A stretch of 64,000 nucleotides of DNA from Candidatus Omnitrophota bacterium (GTDB lineage Bacteria; Omnitrophota; Gorgyraeia; Pluralincolimonadales; Pluralincolimonadaceae), in contig PLNR01000005.1 in assembly GCA_003141835.1 (NCBI GenBank), forward strand, positions 190,289 through 254,288. The letters run 5' to 3'. Position 1 is the first letter of the stretch. Each line of letters opens with the position of its first letter. The notes beneath the pieces were generated by a model. The model was not told the origin of the DNA and did not search any database. It saw nothing but the letters and a program-made list of their open reading frames with translations. Made by a program: the position numbers and the translations under genes. Below, piece by piece: positions 61,599 to 64,000 of the stretch.

Positions 61599-63785
61599 AT
61601 GAAGAAGGCTAAGGAAGAGAAGAAGGAAATAAAAAAGAAACCGGTCAAGGCTGCGGCGAAACCAAAGGCAGCTGTCAAGAAAACCAAACCGGCAGCTCCG
61701 GCCAAAGTTAAGAAAATCGTTAAGGCCAAAGTTGCGGTTGAGGCCCCGCGGGCCGAGAGGCCAGCTCCGAAACTTGAGGCCCCACGGGCCGAAAGGCCGG
61801 CTCCAAAACTGGAAGAAAAAACGGCCCGGAAGCCCGAGATAGTCAAGCCCGTGCCTGTAATTAAGCCGGCGCCTGTGATAAAGCCGGTGCCTGTACAGCC
61901 TCCGGTTGCACCGAAGCTTGAGGTCAAGCCGGCTCCTAAGCCTGAGGCCCCGAAGCCTGAAATTAAAGCTCCGGTAGTTCCTCCGACTCCTCCCGCTCCT
62001 CCTACTCCTCCGGCGCCCCCGGTCAAGAAAGAACCCGTTAAGATAGAATGCAAATTCCCGATAACCTTAAAAGACCTTGCCGCGAAATTGAACGCCAAGC
62101 CCAATGAGTTGATAATGAAACTCATGAGGCAGAAAGTCATGGCGACGATAAACCAGGCGGTAGATTACGATGTCGCCAGCCTTATCGCTGCCGATTACGG
62201 ATTTATATTTGATAAACCGCTTACGAAGGAAGAGGAACTCACGAAGTCACTTGACGTCGAGGATAAGACCAAAATGGTCTTCCGCGCGCCGGTAGTTACG
62301 TTGATGGGCCACGTCGACCACGGCAAGACGTCCCTGCTAGACGCGATAAGGAAGAGCCGCGTCACAGAGCAGGAATCCGGCGGCATTACCCAGCATATCG
62401 GCGCTTACGAAGTGGCTGTCGGAAAGGGCCATATCACATTTTTAGATACGCCGGGACATGAAGCGTTTACGGCCATGAGGGCCCGCGGCGCCCAGGCGAC
62501 AGATATCGTCATCTTGGTCGTCGCGGCAGATGACGGCGTCATGCCCCAGACGAAAGAAGCCATAGACCACGCGCGCGCGGCCGGAGTGCCGTTGGTCGTC
62601 GCGTTGAACAAAATAGATAAACCCGACGCGAACCCGGACAAGGTCAAGAAACAGCTGATGGATATCGGCCTCATGACCGAGGACTGGGGCGGAAAGACTA
62701 TCGCCATCGGCGTTTCGGCGAAGACAGGAAAGGGCATAGACGAACTATTGGAAATGCTCCTTCTAGAATCCGAGATGCTTGAGCTCAAGGCCGACCCGAC
62801 AAGGGCGGCGAAGGGCGTCGTCATCGAGGGAAGATTATCGAAGGGGGGCGGCCCGATCGCGACCGTCCTCGTCCAAAAAGGGACTTTAAGGCCGGGGGAT
62901 ACGGTCGTCGCCGGACAGCATTACGGCAAAATAAGAGCCATGATAAACGACCTCGGCCACAGGATAAATGAAGCGCCGCCTTCAAAACCGGTTGAGATAT
63001 TGGGCCTGGCAGGCGTACCGGAGGCAGGCGATGTATTTTTTGTCGTGGCCGACGAGAAGGCCGCGAGGGAGATCGTCAACAGGCGCCTGGACGTCGCGAA
63101 AGCTACGCACTTGCAGCCGGTAAAGAGGATAACCCTCGAGGAGCTTTCCCAGCAAGTCAAGGAAGGGAAAGCCAAGGAACTCAAGGTCATCCTCAAGGCA
63201 GACGTGCAGGGTTCGGCCGAGGCGCTCGAGCAATCGATCAAGGGCCTTGAGACGAAAGACATCACGCTTGACATAATACATTCCGCGGTCGGCAGCATAA
63301 ACGAGTCGGATATCATGCTTGCCGCGGCTTCGAACGCTATAATAATCGGTTTCCACGTCGACCTTACGCCCGAGGCCGCGCCGAAGGCGAGGCTCGAGGA
63401 GGTCGATGTCAGGTTATACAGGATCATATACGAGGCGATCAACGACATAAAGAGCGCCATGGAAGGTATGCTTGAGCCGACGATCTCCGAGGTCTTCATG
63501 GGCCGCGCCGATGTCAGGCAGGTCTTCAAGGTCTCGAAGGCCGGCACGATAGCCGGCTGCTTCCTTGCGAAAGGCAAGGCGGTAAGAGGGGCCTTATGCA
63601 GGCTCTGGAGGGATAAGGATAAGGTCTACGAGGGAAGGATATCCTCGTTGAAGAGGTTCAAGGATGACGTCAAAGAGGTCGCCGAAGGTTTCGAGTGCGG
63701 CATATCGCTCGAGAACTTCAGCAACATAAATGCCGCCGACGTGATAGAGATATACGAATTGAAGAAGACTGCGAGGAAATTGTAA
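61599..63785 (+). CDS. infB: Translation initiation factor IF-2
   Basis: GHVDHGKTSLLD, GITQHIGA, DTPGHEAF, NKID, SLKRFKDD; Lys/Ala/Pro-rich N-terminus. Confidence 0.97.
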   Translation: MKKAKEEKKEIKKKPVKAAAKPKAAVKKTKPAAPAKVKKIVKAKVAVEAPRAERPAPKLEAPRAERPAPKLEEKTARKPEIVKPVPVIKPAPVIKPVPVQPPVAPKLEVKPAPKPEAPKPEIKAPVVPPTPPAPPTPPAPPVKKEPVKIECKFPITLKDLAAKLNAKPNELIMKLMRQKVMATINQAVDYDVASLIAADYGFIFDKPLTKEEELTKSLDVEDKTKMVFRAPVVTLMGHVDHGKTSLLDAIRKSRVTEQESGGITQHIGAYEVAVGKGHITFLDTPGHEAFTAMRARGAQATDIVILVVAADDGVMPQTKEAIDHARAAGVPLVVALNKIDKPDANPDKVKKQLMDIGLMTEDWGGKTIAIGVSAKTGKGIDELLEMLLLESEMLELKADPTRAAKGVVIEGRLSKGGGPIATVLVQKGTLRPGDTVVAGQHYGKIRAMINDLGHRINEAPPSKPVEILGLAGVPEAGDVFFVVADEKAAREIVNRRLDVAKATHLQPVKRITLEELSQQVKEGKAKELKVILKADVQGSAEALEQSIKGLETKDITLDIIHSAVGSINESDIMLAAASNAIIIGFHVDLTPEAAPKARLEEVDVRLYRIIYEAINDIKSAMEGMLEPTISEVFMGRADVRQVFKVSKAGTIAGCFLAKGKAVRGALCRLWRDKDKVYEGRISSLKRFKDDVKEVAEGFECGISLENFSNINAADVIEIYELKKTARKL
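61738..61809 (+). repeat. 36-bp in-frame tandem duplication in infB
   Basis: Two copies encoding EAPRAERPAPKL, differing at synonymous sites. Confidence 0.85.
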
Positions 63786-63787
63786 AT

Positions 63788-64000
63788 ATGAAGAAACGCA
63801 TCTTAAGCGGAATGCGCCCGACCGGGAAGCTGCACTTGGGGCACCTGGCAGGCGCGCTTAAGAACTGGGTCGAGATGCAGGAGAAGTACGACTGCTTCTA
63901 CATGGTGGCGGACTATCATGCGCTGATGAGCGAATACGCCGATCCGTCCGCCATGAAAGAGAACATAATAGATAACGTCGCCGATTTTCTCGCGTGCGGC
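63788..64000 (+). CDS. trpS: Tryptophanyl-tRNA synthetase, 5' part
   Basis: MKKRILSGMRPTGKLHLGH...NW...ADYHAL; runs off the window. Confidence 0.92.
   Translation, partial: MKKRILSGMRPTGKLHLGHLAGALKNWVEMQEKYDCFYMVADYHALMSEYADPSAMKENIIDNVADFLACG

Noticed and set aside
60710-62140. 476-aa minus-strand ORF
   Set aside because: Antisense shadow of nusA/infB

Overview
A 64-kb, essentially all plus-strand core-genome segment of a diderm (LPS-making) bacterium. Gene order and fusions suggest the PVC superphylum, probably Omnitrophota (inference, not checked by search). Order: aroC(partial)-aroK-dprA-topA-xerC; a lipid A/Kdo/heptose core block (waaA, lpxK, acyltransferase fusion, GT4s, four GT9 domains, hldD, heptose kinase, kdsB-pyrG-kdsA-kdsD-kdsC); a secretin-less type IV pilin cluster inserted before lpxL-lptC/A-lptB-hpf-tig-clpP-lon; aminotransferase, His-rich transporter, serA, purA, hppA, DUF47, pit; PG-binding and MotB-like genes; DUF4912, GH57; uppS-cdsA-dxr-rseP-ispG-proS; a 2.2-kb AT-richer island of small genes punctuated by related repeats; rimP-nusA-infB-trpS(partial). 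Three observations stand out. (1) A complete ThiS/MoaD-like ubiquitin-fold domain ending in PVGGG is fused in frame to DNA topoisomerase I, which has no start codon of its own. (2) Three palindromes with an exact 27-bp period and compensatory changes sit directly before the major pilin RBS. (3) An integron-like row of small genes is bounded by TAGGGGACGTGT...ACACGTCCCC-type repeats with no recombinase nearby. All calls come from reading the sequence and motifs by eye; no database searches were run.
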